A stretch of DNA of 64,000 nucleotides from Dehalococcoidia bacterium (GTDB lineage: Bacteria > Chloroflexota > Dehalococcoidia > GIF9 > UBA5629), in NCBI GenBank assembly GCA_050011565.1, contig JBEKIW010000003.1, positions 224,001 to 288,000 on the forward strand, given 5' to 3'. Below, piece after piece: positions 1-9,047 of the stretch; the stretch's first letter is position 1, and each line of letters begins with the position of its first letter. The translations under genes were made by a program, and so were the position numbers. Below the pieces are notes generated by a model. It had not been told where the DNA came from. It saw only the letters and a program-made list of their open reading frames with translations, and ran no database searches.

Positions 1-765
1 TATATTGCCTATATTAACCAATCTGCAGAAACAGTCACCTGGCTTAAACAGACCAGTAACTTCGTAGACAAGCTGGCGCCGGGAGAGGAAAGGATACAGC
101 GCTTTTCCAATTTCGATTGGACCTTTGGGTCTGTGAACCCTATTGTAGGAACGTCCATCACCTATAACGTCCGGGCCTGCGCTAATGCCAATAATTCTAT
201 CGCAGAGAGCAATACGGGCAACAACTGCCTGGTCAAAGTCTGGGGGACGGGCTTCACCTACGATTTCGTAAAACAGGCGCATCTGGCTAAGTGGACGAAC
301 GGCATCGATACCCTCCGCTGGCCAATGTCCTCCAAGGACGTTAACGGCGCCGCCTATTTAATTAGCTATAACCCCATGCTGGTAATATGCCCCGAGCAAG
401 TAAACAACGGCTGGATAATGGGTAAATTCGGCGATTTTTATAGTGATCCAGAGACCCGCGCGGCCATGGTACGCGATATTGAAATACCGCTGCTGGCAGA
501 GTTTACCTCCAGGGTTGGCTTTGCTCCGGGCACAACATCCCCCGATGGAGTCACCGTCGCCCTTGGTTACTACGATGATATGGGCAGCCTCGTATTTTTT
601 GACAAGATGCCCGTCATGAGCGATGGGCAAATGCACGACTACAACGTCGACCTTGGTAATATGGCGGCGAAGCACACCCAGTTTGTGCTCTGGGTTCAAG
701 CGAACGGCTCTCCGCAGGGCACCTGCTTGAGGTGGGAGGCACCCAAGATAACTCAAAAAGAATAG
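1..765 (+). CDS. CARDB/Ig-like surface protein, 5'-partial; paralogue of 1153..2358
   Basis: Frame is open from base 1 (YIAYINQ...DKLAPGEERIQRFSNFDW). It aligns with the next gene (EPLAAGEERTTSFPNYDW; CA...IxESxxGNNCL; TYDFVxxAHLAxW; RWxxPKI). Confidence 0.8.
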   Translation, partial: YIAYINQSAETVTWLKQTSNFVDKLAPGEERIQRFSNFDWTFGSVNPIVGTSITYNVRACANANNSIAESNTGNNCLVKVWGTGFTYDFVKQAHLAKWTNGIDTLRWPMSSKDVNGAAYLISYNPMLVICPEQVNNGWIMGKFGDFYSDPETRAAMVRDIEIPLLAEFTSRVGFAPGTTSPDGVTVALGYYDDMGSLVFFDKMPVMSDGQMHDYNVDLGNMAAKHTQFVLWVQANGSPQGTCLRWEAPKITQKE

Positions 766-798
766 CAATAGATGTAATAGCACGCTTTTAGCGTTGCC

Positions 799-946
799 GC
801 GGCGGGGCTTAAAGCCCCGCCCTCCCTTTTCCCCTGCTGACTACAGGCATAGAGTGGAGCCTCCGCCGCAATTCCGCCCGGAGCGGCAAAATGTAGCCTC
901 GACCTTTTAAGGTCAAGGTCGCGAGGCTAAAGCCTCGTGGCTACAT
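799..946. repeat. GTAG-type REP-like palindrome cluster
   Basis: Hairpins gcggggcttaaagccccgc and atgtagcc...cgaggctaaagcctcgtggctacat; a related cgcgaccctaaaaggtcgc lies near 2400. Confidence 0.55.
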
Positions 947-1152
947 GCTTAACAAATCGCAAATCCCGAGCACCAAACCCCAAACAGATTCAAAGCCCCA
1001 AATACGAATGACTCAATCATACCTATCACCGTAATCTCTTTTTCATCTTTGTAATCTTTCTATTTGTCCTTTGATTGTTAACTTTTGGTTTTTCCTTTCG
1101 TTTGACACATATTCTAACCACACCTATAATGCCCGTAAAAACCGGAGGCCGG

Positions 1153-2358
1153 ATGATGAAACATAAATGGTATTTAACGCTTATCGCCATATCTCTCGCC
1201 GCCCTAATCGGCTCAATTACCGGCTGCATAACTATCGTCACACAGGAGCCGGCACCTGCCACGGAGCAGCCGGTATCTCCACCGACAATCAACTCCTTTA
1301 CCGCCAGCCCGACTAGCGTCAGTCAGGGGCAGCGTACTACGCTGAGCTGGGACGTTTCCGGTGCCGCCACGATTACCATACAGCCCGAAATCGGCACCGC
1401 AGGGCCTAGCGGCTCGCTACAGCTAACACCAAATGCTTCCGTCACCTATATGCTGACAGCTACCAATCAGGCCGGCAGCACCACCAGATCCGTCTCTGTA
1501 GCAGTCACGCCTGGCTTTGCCGGCAAGCCAGACCTGGTGATTACGGATATCTGGCTAAGTGGAAGCCAGGTCAATTATAAGATAGCCAACATCGGCAGCG
1601 GCGATGCCAAATCGAGCCAGTCCTATCTATACACAAATGACGTCAAGCAAGCCGATGACTGGGTGGAACCGCTGGCCGCGGGTGAGGAAAGAACCACGTC
1701 CTTTCCTAATTACGACTGGAAAATCGAGACGGGCGCCAACCCTGTCTCTGGAGATTTCTCCACACACTATGTTAAGGTCTGTGCCGATGCCGAAGATAGC
1801 ATTGAGGAAAGCGACAAGGGCAACAACTGCCTGACCAAAAACTGGGGGCAGACGTTTACCTACGACTTCGTGCAGAACGCACACCTGGCAGAATGGAGGA
1901 GCGGCGCCGCCGTAATCACCTGGCCTAAGTTTGCCGGCAATCAAGCGGGAGCCGCCTACTTAGAGGGCAATGCATTGATAATGTGCCCCGAGCAGGTTAG
2001 TAATGGCTGGATACAAGGCAGATTCGCCGATTTCTACTACGACCCCATCACCAAGACAACGCGCAGCAGCTTGCTTAAAGTGCCGGAGAATGCCAGGTTC
2101 ACTGCTCAAGTGGGCTTTAAAACGGGAGCCACATCCACCGACGGAGTAGTAATCGCCCTCGGTTACCTGGACGAAGCCGGCGGCATTGTGCTATTACCTA
2201 AGATTGAACTTTATCCAGGTGATAAATCACGGGCTTACACAATCGATTTAAGCAATCTGGCAGGTAAGCAAACCGAGTTCATACTTCGAGTAGAAGCCAA
2301 AGGTACCCCTGAGGGAGACTGCGTGCGTTGGGTGGAACCCAAGATAGTCCAGGAGTAG
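1153..2358 (+). CDS. Lipoprotein with PKD/Ig-like and CARDB domains
   Basis: GGAGG at 1144-1148, ATG at 1153, signal peptide ending ITGC (lipobox), PTINSFTASP Ig repeat, PDLVITDI...IEESDKGNN CARDB motif. Confidence 0.8.
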   Translation: MMKHKWYLTLIAISLAALIGSITGCITIVTQEPAPATEQPVSPPTINSFTASPTSVSQGQRTTLSWDVSGAATITIQPEIGTAGPSGSLQLTPNASVTYMLTATNQAGSTTRSVSVAVTPGFAGKPDLVITDIWLSGSQVNYKIANIGSGDAKSSQSYLYTNDVKQADDWVEPLAAGEERTTSFPNYDWKIETGANPVSGDFSTHYVKVCADAEDSIEESDKGNNCLTKNWGQTFTYDFVQNAHLAEWRSGAAVITWPKFAGNQAGAAYLEGNALIMCPEQVSNGWIQGRFADFYYDPITKTTRSSLLKVPENARFTAQVGFKTGATSTDGVVIALGYLDEAGGIVLLPKIELYPGDKSRAYTIDLSNLAGKQTEFILRVEAKGTPEGDCVRWVEPKIVQE

Positions 2359-2695
2359 CGGATGTGGAACCAATCTTGTCCAGAGCAGCCAGTGTACTCG
2401 CGACCCTAAAAGGTCGCAATTAAAAATATCATTCAGAAGCTTTTTTTCTGCCATTTCCAAGAGCATCCCTTTTTCTGTCATTGCTGCAGTCTCTCCACCC
2501 CTCCTAGATTGCCACGCTTCGGTTGCAATCACCATCGAATGTAGGAATAGAACTTCAGGTCTGTCCGCCCCACAAATCACAAAACGCAGGCACCAGAGAC
2601 CAAATAAATTCAAAAACACACTAATTAAAAACTAGGTAGTGTATCATTTTCAAATCTGGTATAATATAGTGCAAATCGATAGAGGTAGATATAAA

Positions 2696-2851
2696 GTGAA
2701 AATACCGAAACAAAGCGACGGGAATCCCGCCAGACCGGTTCGTGTTAAAAATGGTTTAGGACTTCGGCCAAATAAATCAGGCAAAGGGGCGATGGTTGTA
2801 CCTCCGAAACGCATACCTCTTCCGAAGTTCAGCCCACCTAAAAATAGTTAA
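2696..2851 (+). CDS. Small basic Pro/Lys-rich hypothetical protein inside the IS
   Basis: AGAGG RBS, GTG start, upstream TGGTATAAT extended -10; stop overlaps the transposase stop (TTAA). Confidence 0.4.
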   Translation: MKIPKQSDGNPARPVRVKNGLGLRPNKSGKGAMVVPPKRIPLPKFSPPKNS

Positions 2852-3684
2852 TTTACCAGTCTGACTAGTTCATCAATTCCCCAAACATGGTCAGTTAATC
2901 CTGCTGCCATTGCCGGAGTTCTCGGATAAGGATAAGCCAGTGTCTTATGCGGTCTAGCGAAGTTATAATGCATAAAATATAAAGCTAGAGCGTATACATG
3001 GTTTTCCAGTTTCTTAGAAAAAGCATTTGTTAGCCTAGTAAATCTTCTCATGCTCATTCTCATTGTTAGATTCTGACGCTCTGCAAAACTAGTAGATATT
3101 TGGGCGGGGTCGGGATTCCCCTGAATAACTTGTTTTTCTGCCGCAATGCAAGCAGCGGGGCCATAGCGTTTTTCAGTTTCTGACTCAAGCCCATAGAGTT
3201 TAATTAGCATTGCATAATCCACCTCAGAGCCAAAGGCATCCTCAATAGCCCACAAGTAGACCTTGTGACCGTCTGTGGTAATTTGAACACGATTAGCTAG
3301 TCTGTTTTTTAGGTCATTCATAAACGGATAAGCATAACTAGCATCCCTCAATCCCACCAGCCAGCAGGGTACTAGCTTTGTGTCTGCGTCTATGGCTGTC
3401 CACGTCCATACATCGCCATACCCGAATTCGCCATTATGTTCTTCCGGCACATTTTTGTCTTTTGAATAAACAAAGCTCCATATTTCGTCACATTGTATGT
3501 GCGTACATGGTAAGTCATGCATTACCTTGTCCTGATATTCCAGGCAGGCTGCACCGACCTCTCTGAGCAATTTGACGACTGTATTGATGGCAGTGTCAGT
3601 TATACGGGCGGTACTGCGTATCGAGTTGCCTTCACAGAGTACCTTGATAACTTGAGCTTTGCGTTCTATACTGAGCTTATTCAT
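2848..3684 (-). CDS. IS1-family DDE transposase without a zinc finger
   Basis: N-terminal HTH (SIRSTARITDTAINTV); catalytic QCDEIW, ITTDG and SFAERQN; RRFTRLTNAFSKK. Confidence 0.92.
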   Translation of the reverse strand: MNKLSIERKAQVIKVLCEGNSIRSTARITDTAINTVVKLLREVGAACLEYQDKVMHDLPCTHIQCDEIWSFVYSKDKNVPEEHNGEFGYGDVWTWTAIDADTKLVPCWLVGLRDASYAYPFMNDLKNRLANRVQITTDGHKVYLWAIEDAFGSEVDYAMLIKLYGLESETEKRYGPAACIAAEKQVIQGNPDPAQISTSFAERQNLTMRMSMRRFTRLTNAFSKKLENHVYALALYFMHYNFARPHKTLAYPYPRTPAMAAGLTDHVWGIDELVRLVN

Positions 3685-3713
3685 TATTGTATTTCCTATT
3701 CCTAATTGACTAT

Positions 3714-3742
3714 ATTATAACACATCGCTTAAGCATTGTCAA
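3714..3742 (-). promoter_or_regulatory. Consensus sigma70 promoter of the transposase
   Basis: Minus strand reads TTGACA-atgcttaagcgatgtgt(17)-TATAAT. Confidence 0.75.
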
Positions 3743-3808
3743 TAGGAATATAACAATAATGTTATTATACAATAACATTTGACAAAATAACAATATTGTG
3801 ATAGCATA

Positions 3809-4225
3809 ATGCCGCAAGCTAAGATAACTCCTAAATGGACATTTTTGGATTATGTTGATAGGACTGGTGTTAACAGGATTAGCGAATGGCTACAGTCAAT
3901 CCCAATTGATGCACGAGTGGAATTCGAGGTGTTGCTTGATATGTTGAGGGGTAAATGTATATTAACTAGACCTGAGACCGGAAAGCTGTATAAGGCACTT
4001 GATGGACTCTACGAATTCGTTTTCAAAGTTAGCAACGTACAATATCGTCCGATATTTTGTTATGGGCCAGACACTAAAGCACGGGAAATCACTATACTGG
4101 TTGGTGCAACAAAGAAGAACAACCGATTTATCCCAGCCGGTGTAGGTATTACAGCAATGTCTAGGGCAAAAGAAATTTGGGCTGGAGACAGAAAGAAGGT
4201 GGTACGCCATGTACGAATCAGCTGA
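3809..4225 (+). CDS. RelE/ParE/HigB-like type II toxin
   Basis: W.FLDY...ISEWL, LDGLYEF, VQYRPIF and ILVGATKK match the Gp49/HigB-like pattern; lies upstream of an XRE gene. Confidence 0.75.
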   Translation: MPQAKITPKWTFLDYVDRTGVNRISEWLQSIPIDARVEFEVLLDMLRGKCILTRPETGKLYKALDGLYEFVFKVSNVQYRPIFCYGPDTKAREITILVGATKKNNRFIPAGVGITAMSRAKEIWAGDRKKVVRHVRIS

Positions 4226-4715
4226 AGAAAAAGAATTATCCGATTACTTGAGCAATCCTGAAGTCCGCCATCTATATATTGATAGCAGCATTCGTCATTT
4301 GCTTGCTATGCAGTTAAGGTCGATGCGAGAGACTAAGGAATGGTCACAAATTGAAGTCGGTAATAAAGCTGGTATGAAACAATCCGCTATCGCCCGTCTA
4401 GAAGACCCAAGATACAGCAGCATGACGTTATCCACTCTCAAACGATTAGCCAAGGCTTTTGATGTTGCTCTCATAGTTCGCTTTGCGCCCTTCAGTGAAT
4501 TCATCTCTTGGACTACACAAATAGCTGAACCACGCCTATCTCCACCTAGTTTTAGCGAAGAACGGAATTATGCCTTGGCATTGGTTTCGGCGGCTGTGGA
4601 TGCAAATAGCATTTTCAATTTTAGTATGCCAACGGCAAGTACATACGCATGCCCCGCAAGGACTGAAAAGGAGAAGGAGTTCGCTTATGCAGGAAGAATT
4701 TCGTCAACGTCTTGA
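4209..4715 (+). CDS. XRE-family HTH antitoxin (HigA-like) with C-terminal extension
   Basis: LRSMRETKEWSQIEVGNKAGMKQSAIARLE...TLSTLKRLAKAFD. Confidence 0.85.
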   Translation: MYESAEEKELSDYLSNPEVRHLYIDSSIRHLLAMQLRSMRETKEWSQIEVGNKAGMKQSAIARLEDPRYSSMTLSTLKRLAKAFDVALIVRFAPFSEFISWTTQIAEPRLSPPSFSEERNYALALVSAAVDANSIFNFSMPTASTYACPARTEKEKEFAYAGRISSTS

Positions 4716-5115
4716 AAAGGAATATCGCTATGCTGTAACCAAAATGCAGGAGGTAACTCAGTTAGCAAGTAAACTGTTCTATTTTAGTGTCTTTTTTGGA
4801 GAGGCACAGCGTGTACTTAATTGGGAATGGAACACTGACCTCGCACTCATACATATGGTTACTAAGCAAGTTTATACGGAAATCAATACCACGATACAAA
4901 TGTCTGGACCTGGGCAAACGCCCCCTATTGATTGGACAACCGTTTCTGATAAATTGACCCAAGTTGCCTCTGACCTTGCCACTCACTTTGAGAGGGCAGA
5001 GAATGAGGGTAGTAAAGAAGAACTGCACCGAATATTAGGGCACTTCGCTGAAGTCGCCTATGCCGTTTCAGGGAACGGTAGTTATTTGTATGAGAAAGGG
5101 TCTTTTAAGCTTTAG
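4687..5115 (+). CDS. Hypothetical alpha-helical protein, third gene of the TA-like cassette
   Basis: AAGGAG RBS before ATG 4687; 142-aa ORF overlapping the end of the antitoxin. Confidence 0.65.
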   Translation: MQEEFRQRLEKEYRYAVTKMQEVTQLASKLFYFSVFFGEAQRVLNWEWNTDLALIHMVTKQVYTEINTTIQMSGPGQTPPIDWTTVSDKLTQVASDLATHFERAENEGSKEELHRILGHFAEVAYAVSGNGSYLYEKGSFKL

Positions 5116-5341
5116 TCTTCCAACGTGCTTGGGCTGCTTTCTTTGCTATCTCGCTTCGTTCTTCGGGTGTTAATTTTTCAGCTCTAGCCTTACCGCCTTT
5201 TAGACCGCCAGCATGTCCTAGAGCCTTATAATCATATTCCTTACGTGCTTTCTTGGGTTGTTCAATTTGACCTGTAGCCTCTTGGACTACTCGGAAGGCA
5301 GTAACAGCAAAATCATGGTCTCGCTTCTTTTTCCTTTCCAT
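5105..5341 (-). CDS. Small basic protein with a GGxKGGKARA...ERSEIA motif (IS/phage-associated)
   Basis: GHAGGLKGGKARAEKLTPEERSEIAKKAAQARW; own promoter TTGACC-18-TATGCT ending 6 nt before the ATG (leaderless). Confidence 0.8.
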   Translation of the reverse strand: MERKKKRDHDFAVTAFRVVQEATGQIEQPKKARKEYDYKALGHAGGLKGGKARAEKLTPEERSEIAKKAAQARWKTKA

Positions 5342-5468
5342 AACCTTAGCATAGCACTATCGCTCAAGCATGGTCAAGGGTTTGGAAATTCAAAATGATA
5401 CACTACCAAAAACTAAGGCAAGTTGACAGAATTTGTCAGCCAAACTAAACTAGATACTACTAATAAAC

Positions 5469-6431
5469 ATGGACAAATATAATTGGTTTTTAGCATTAAC
5501 TGTAGCTTTGCTGATAGTTTTGATGACTTCGGCTGGCTGCATGTTAGCTACGCCTACCCCTGAAACGGCGTCAACTGCTGATATGGGTAATATCTCTACC
5601 GCTGTGCCCGAAGCGGAAGCCCCCAACAGTTCCGCTTCAGCCACAGCCACACCGCCAGATAATACCGTGATAAGCAACGACCCGGTCTCGGGCCAAAATG
5701 AGGAAGTTGACCTGCGTTGGGAACAGCTTTGCCTGTCCAGCGAGTATCAGGTGCAAATCGCTAAAGACCCGGGGTTTACGGTGATAGTCCTTGACACGGG
5801 CTCGTTCGCGCCCGCCTCCTCGGAGTCGCCCGGCGCCTACTACCCTGCGGGTGGCCGAGCCGCATCTCCGTCTTCGCTGACCACGTGGGCTAATTTGGAG
5901 GCAGGACATACCTATTATTGGCGGGCAAGAGCCCGGCAGGCAGCTACCGGCCAGCATATGCTCAGTCCCTGGTCCGAAGTCGAAAGCTTCACTATTAAAT
6001 CAGGGGCTCCGGCAAGCACTACATCGTACGGGATACAGCCGACATACCCAAATAACGGTCGTAATATCTATCCTGTAAAACCGGTATCTTTCAGCTGGTC
6101 ACCTTCGAACGATACCACCAAGTACAGGTTCGTGCTGGCTAAGGACGCAGCCATGACTGAGGTCGTCAAAGAGGCAGTGGTAACCACTACCGCCTATGAC
6201 TACGATGGCGAACTGGAATACAGCCAGGCCTATTTCTGGAGGGTTATGGCACTCGAGCCAGCGCCCAGCGACTGGTCGGCAACGTTTAGCTTCCAGACCG
6301 AGCTGGCTCCCTCATCCTCTCAAGCGGTACCAGCTCCACAAACCCCACTCTGGGCCTGGGTGTTCATAGTAGTCGGTTTAATTCTGCTCATTGTAATTAT
6401 AGCCCTCATCTTTAGAATGCGTCACCTATAA
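5469..6431 (+). CDS. Fibronectin-III-like surface lipoprotein with a C-terminal membrane anchor
   Basis: SAGC lipobox, two Fn3-like domains (YYWRARA, YFWRVMA), C-terminal TM helix and basic tail. Confidence 0.75.
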   Translation: MDKYNWFLALTVALLIVLMTSAGCMLATPTPETASTADMGNISTAVPEAEAPNSSASATATPPDNTVISNDPVSGQNEEVDLRWEQLCLSSEYQVQIAKDPGFTVIVLDTGSFAPASSESPGAYYPAGGRAASPSSLTTWANLEAGHTYYWRARARQAATGQHMLSPWSEVESFTIKSGAPASTTSYGIQPTYPNNGRNIYPVKPVSFSWSPSNDTTKYRFVLAKDAAMTEVVKEAVVTTTAYDYDGELEYSQAYFWRVMALEPAPSDWSATFSFQTELAPSSSQAVPAPQTPLWAWVFIVVGLILLIVIIALIFRMRHL

Positions 6432-6446
6432 GCTTAATGACAAAAC

Positions 6447-6475
6447 TTGACAAGCTGCAAGAGAGTTCTTATAAT
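6447..6475 (+). promoter_or_regulatory. sigma70 promoter upstream of pyrG
   Basis: TTGACA-17-TATAAT. Confidence 0.7.
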
Positions 6476-6665
6476 TAAAAGAAACCACTTACCCCTACAT
6501 TCAAACTTGTCATCCATTTAAGTTTCCCAGCAATGAACCGTACAAAATATGTACGTATAGTTATAACTAGAACTGCATTATGGTGATTCATATATTTACT
6601 TACGCCGAAAAACTCTGCCACCCAGGAGAATTCGCTCCCCGAAATCGTAAGCATCGAACAAACTG

Positions 6666-8297
6666 ATGAGCAAATACATCTTCGTTACCGGTGGCGTAGT
6701 TAGCTCAGTGGGCAAGGGTATCAGCGTCGCCTCTATCGGCAGAATCTTGAAAAGCCGCGATATTTCGGTCTCTGTTCAGAAATTGGACCCGTACCTTAAC
6801 GTAGACCCGGGAACTATGTCCCCGTACCAGCATGGCGAAGTTTTTGTCACTCAAGACGGTGCTGAGACCGACCTTGACCTGGGGCACTACGAGAGATTCA
6901 TCGATGTCGATTTAACGTCTGCTTCCAATGTCACCTCAGGTCAAATTTACTCGGCGGTTATTGCCGGGGAGAGACGAGGGGATTATCTTGGCGGTACTAT
7001 TCAGGTGATACCACATGTCACCAACGAGATAAAGCGGCGGATAAGGGAGGTAGCGGACCTCTCACACGCTGAAGTGGTTATCGTTGAGGTTGGTGGCACC
7101 GTGGGCGATATTGAGGGCTTGCCGTTTCTGGAAGCTATCCGCCAGATGCGAAATGAAGAAGGCAGAGACAATGTCCTCTACGTTCACGTTACTTTCCTGC
7201 CGCACATTGCCACCACCAACGAACTTAAGACCAAGCCGACTCAACACAGCGTCAACGAGTTAAGACGCATCGGCATTCAACCGGACATTGTTTTGTGCCG
7301 CTCGGATTACGAAATTCCTCAAAGCTTGAAGGACAAGATATCTCTTTTCTGCGATGTGGCTAAAGAAGCCGTCATTCCACTGGTCACCGCTGAGACCATC
7401 TACGAGGTGCCGCTCATGCTTGAGGAGACCGGTTTAAGCGAGTTGATTATTCACCGGCTCGGTCTTGAAGCTAAAGATGTCGACCTCAAAGAGTGGAGAG
7501 CCATGGTGGCCAAACTGAAGACCCCCAAAGACCCGGTGTCCATCGCCCTTGTAGGCAAATATGTTGAACTTCGGGACGCTTATTATTCCGTGCGAGAAGC
7601 TCTGTGTCATGCGGGACTGTACCATGACCGGCAGATAAATCTGTTGTGGGTTCATTCCGAAGACCTGCAGTGCGATAGTAGTATTAATCTGTTGAAGTCA
7701 GCCCAAGGCATCATCGTCCCGGGAGGCTTCGGTTACCGTGGTATAGAAGGCATGATAAGCGCTGTAAATTATGCCCGCCAGAACAATATCCCTTACCTGG
7801 GCTTATGCCTGGGTATGCAGGTTATGGTTATTGAATTCGGGCGTTATGCTTTAGGCAATAATCAGGCGAACTCCACCGAATTCGACCCCAAAACTCCATA
7901 TCCGGTAATAGACCTCTTACCGGACCAACACAAAATCAGCGATATGGGTGGCACTATGAGGCTCGGTACCTATCCCTGCCACCTGGTCCCCAGCACAAAA
8001 GCAGCTGAAGCTTACGGGGCGGATATAGTCTACGAGCGACACCGTCACCGATTTGAATTCAACAACCTTTTCCGCGACCAGCTGGAACAGAAAGGACTTA
8101 TCGCCAGCGGGCTATCTCCGGATAATCGTCTGGTTGAAATAGTTGAAGTCAAAGACCATCCCTGGATGGTGGCTTGCCAGTTTCATCCTGAATTCAAGTC
8201 ACGTCCCAATAACCCGCACCCGTTATTTGCCAGTTTCGTCGGAGCTGCCAAGGAGACTTTGATCGAAGGCGCTCAAGTTACACTGCCACTATCATGA
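6666..8297 (+). CDS. pyrG: CTP synthase
   Basis: [44 protein letters not shown]. Confidence 0.99.
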   Translation: MSKYIFVTGGVVSSVGKGISVASIGRILKSRDISVSVQKLDPYLNVDPGTMSPYQHGEVFVTQDGAETDLDLGHYERFIDVDLTSASNVTSGQIYSAVIAGERRGDYLGGTIQVIPHVTNEIKRRIREVADLSHAEVVIVEVGGTVGDIEGLPFLEAIRQMRNEEGRDNVLYVHVTFLPHIATTNELKTKPTQHSVNELRRIGIQPDIVLCRSDYEIPQSLKDKISLFCDVAKEAVIPLVTAETIYEVPLMLEETGLSELIIHRLGLEAKDVDLKEWRAMVAKLKTPKDPVSIALVGKYVELRDAYYSVREALCHAGLYHDRQINLLWVHSEDLQCDSSINLLKSAQGIIVPGGFGYRGIEGMISAVNYARQNNIPYLGLCLGMQVMVIEFGRYALGNNQANSTEFDPKTPYPVIDLLPDQHKISDMGGTMRLGTYPCHLVPSTKAAEAYGADIVYERHRHRFEFNNLFRDQLEQKGLIASGLSPDNRLVEIVEVKDHPWMVACQFHPEFKSRPNNPHPLFASFVGAAKETLIEGAQVTLPLS

Positions 8298-8333
8298 AAT
8301 TAACATATACCGGATTATCTTTTGGAGGGATAC

Positions 8334-9011
8334 ATGCGACTCTTTCTAGATACAGCTAATATCGAACATATCCGGCACGGCGTCAGGCTCGGAGTAATTA
8401 CCGGCGTGACCACAAATCCAAGCCTGATATCAAAAGAGGGCAAGGTGGATTTTAAACACCATGTCCGGGAAATCTGCTCTATTGTTCCCGGGCCGGTATC
8501 AACCGAGGTGCTGAGCCAGAATGCAGCAGATATGGTCCGTGAAGCTAAAGAGGTTGCCTCTTGGGCAAAAAATGTGGTCGTAAAAATACCAGCCAGCTTA
8601 GATGGGGTGGAAGCTACGTACCAGCTTGCCAGAGCGGGTGTGAAAGTGAATTTCACCCTGTGCTTTTCCGTAAATCAAGCTCTGCTCGCTGCCATAGCCG
8701 GTGCTACCTTTGTAAGTCCTTTCGTGGGCAGGCTTGATGACATCGGTGAAAACGGCATGAGGCTGGTTAAAGAGATTGTCGAGGTCTACAAAAATTATCC
8801 TGATTCCATTAAGACACAGGTGCTCGCCGCCAGTATCAGGCATCCGCAGCACTGCATCGAGGCAGCCACGGCTGGCGCCCACATAGCCAGCGTCCCATAT
8901 CAGGTATTGATGCAGATGATTCAACATCCTTTGACCGATATCGGCATCAAACGGTTTCTGGAAGACTGGCACAAAGTAATGGGTACCGGTACCGAAGGTG
9001 CTAGGCGTTAA
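8334..9011 (+). CDS. fsa: Transaldolase / fructose-6-phosphate aldolase family
   Basis: [29 protein letters not shown]; GGAGG RBS before ATG 8334. Confidence 0.93.
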   Translation: MRLFLDTANIEHIRHGVRLGVITGVTTNPSLISKEGKVDFKHHVREICSIVPGPVSTEVLSQNAADMVREAKEVASWAKNVVVKIPASLDGVEATYQLARAGVKVNFTLCFSVNQALLAAIAGATFVSPFVGRLDDIGENGMRLVKEIVEVYKNYPDSIKTQVLAASIRHPQHCIEAATAGAHIASVPYQVLMQMIQHPLTDIGIKRFLEDWHKVMGTGTEGARR

Positions 9012-9047
9012 AATACTAATTATTACTTTACATGAGAGGGTACTAAC

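Larger units (their letters stand above)
2635..5407. mobile_element. IS1-family (ISMhu11-like) transporter insertion sequence with passenger genes, 2773 bp
   Basis: Perfect 16-bp terminal inverted repeats GGTAGTGTATCATTTT (2635-2650 and 5392-5407), flanked by the 8-bp direct repeat AAAAACTA (2627-2634 and 5408-5415). Contains a DDE transposase. Confidence 0.93.
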
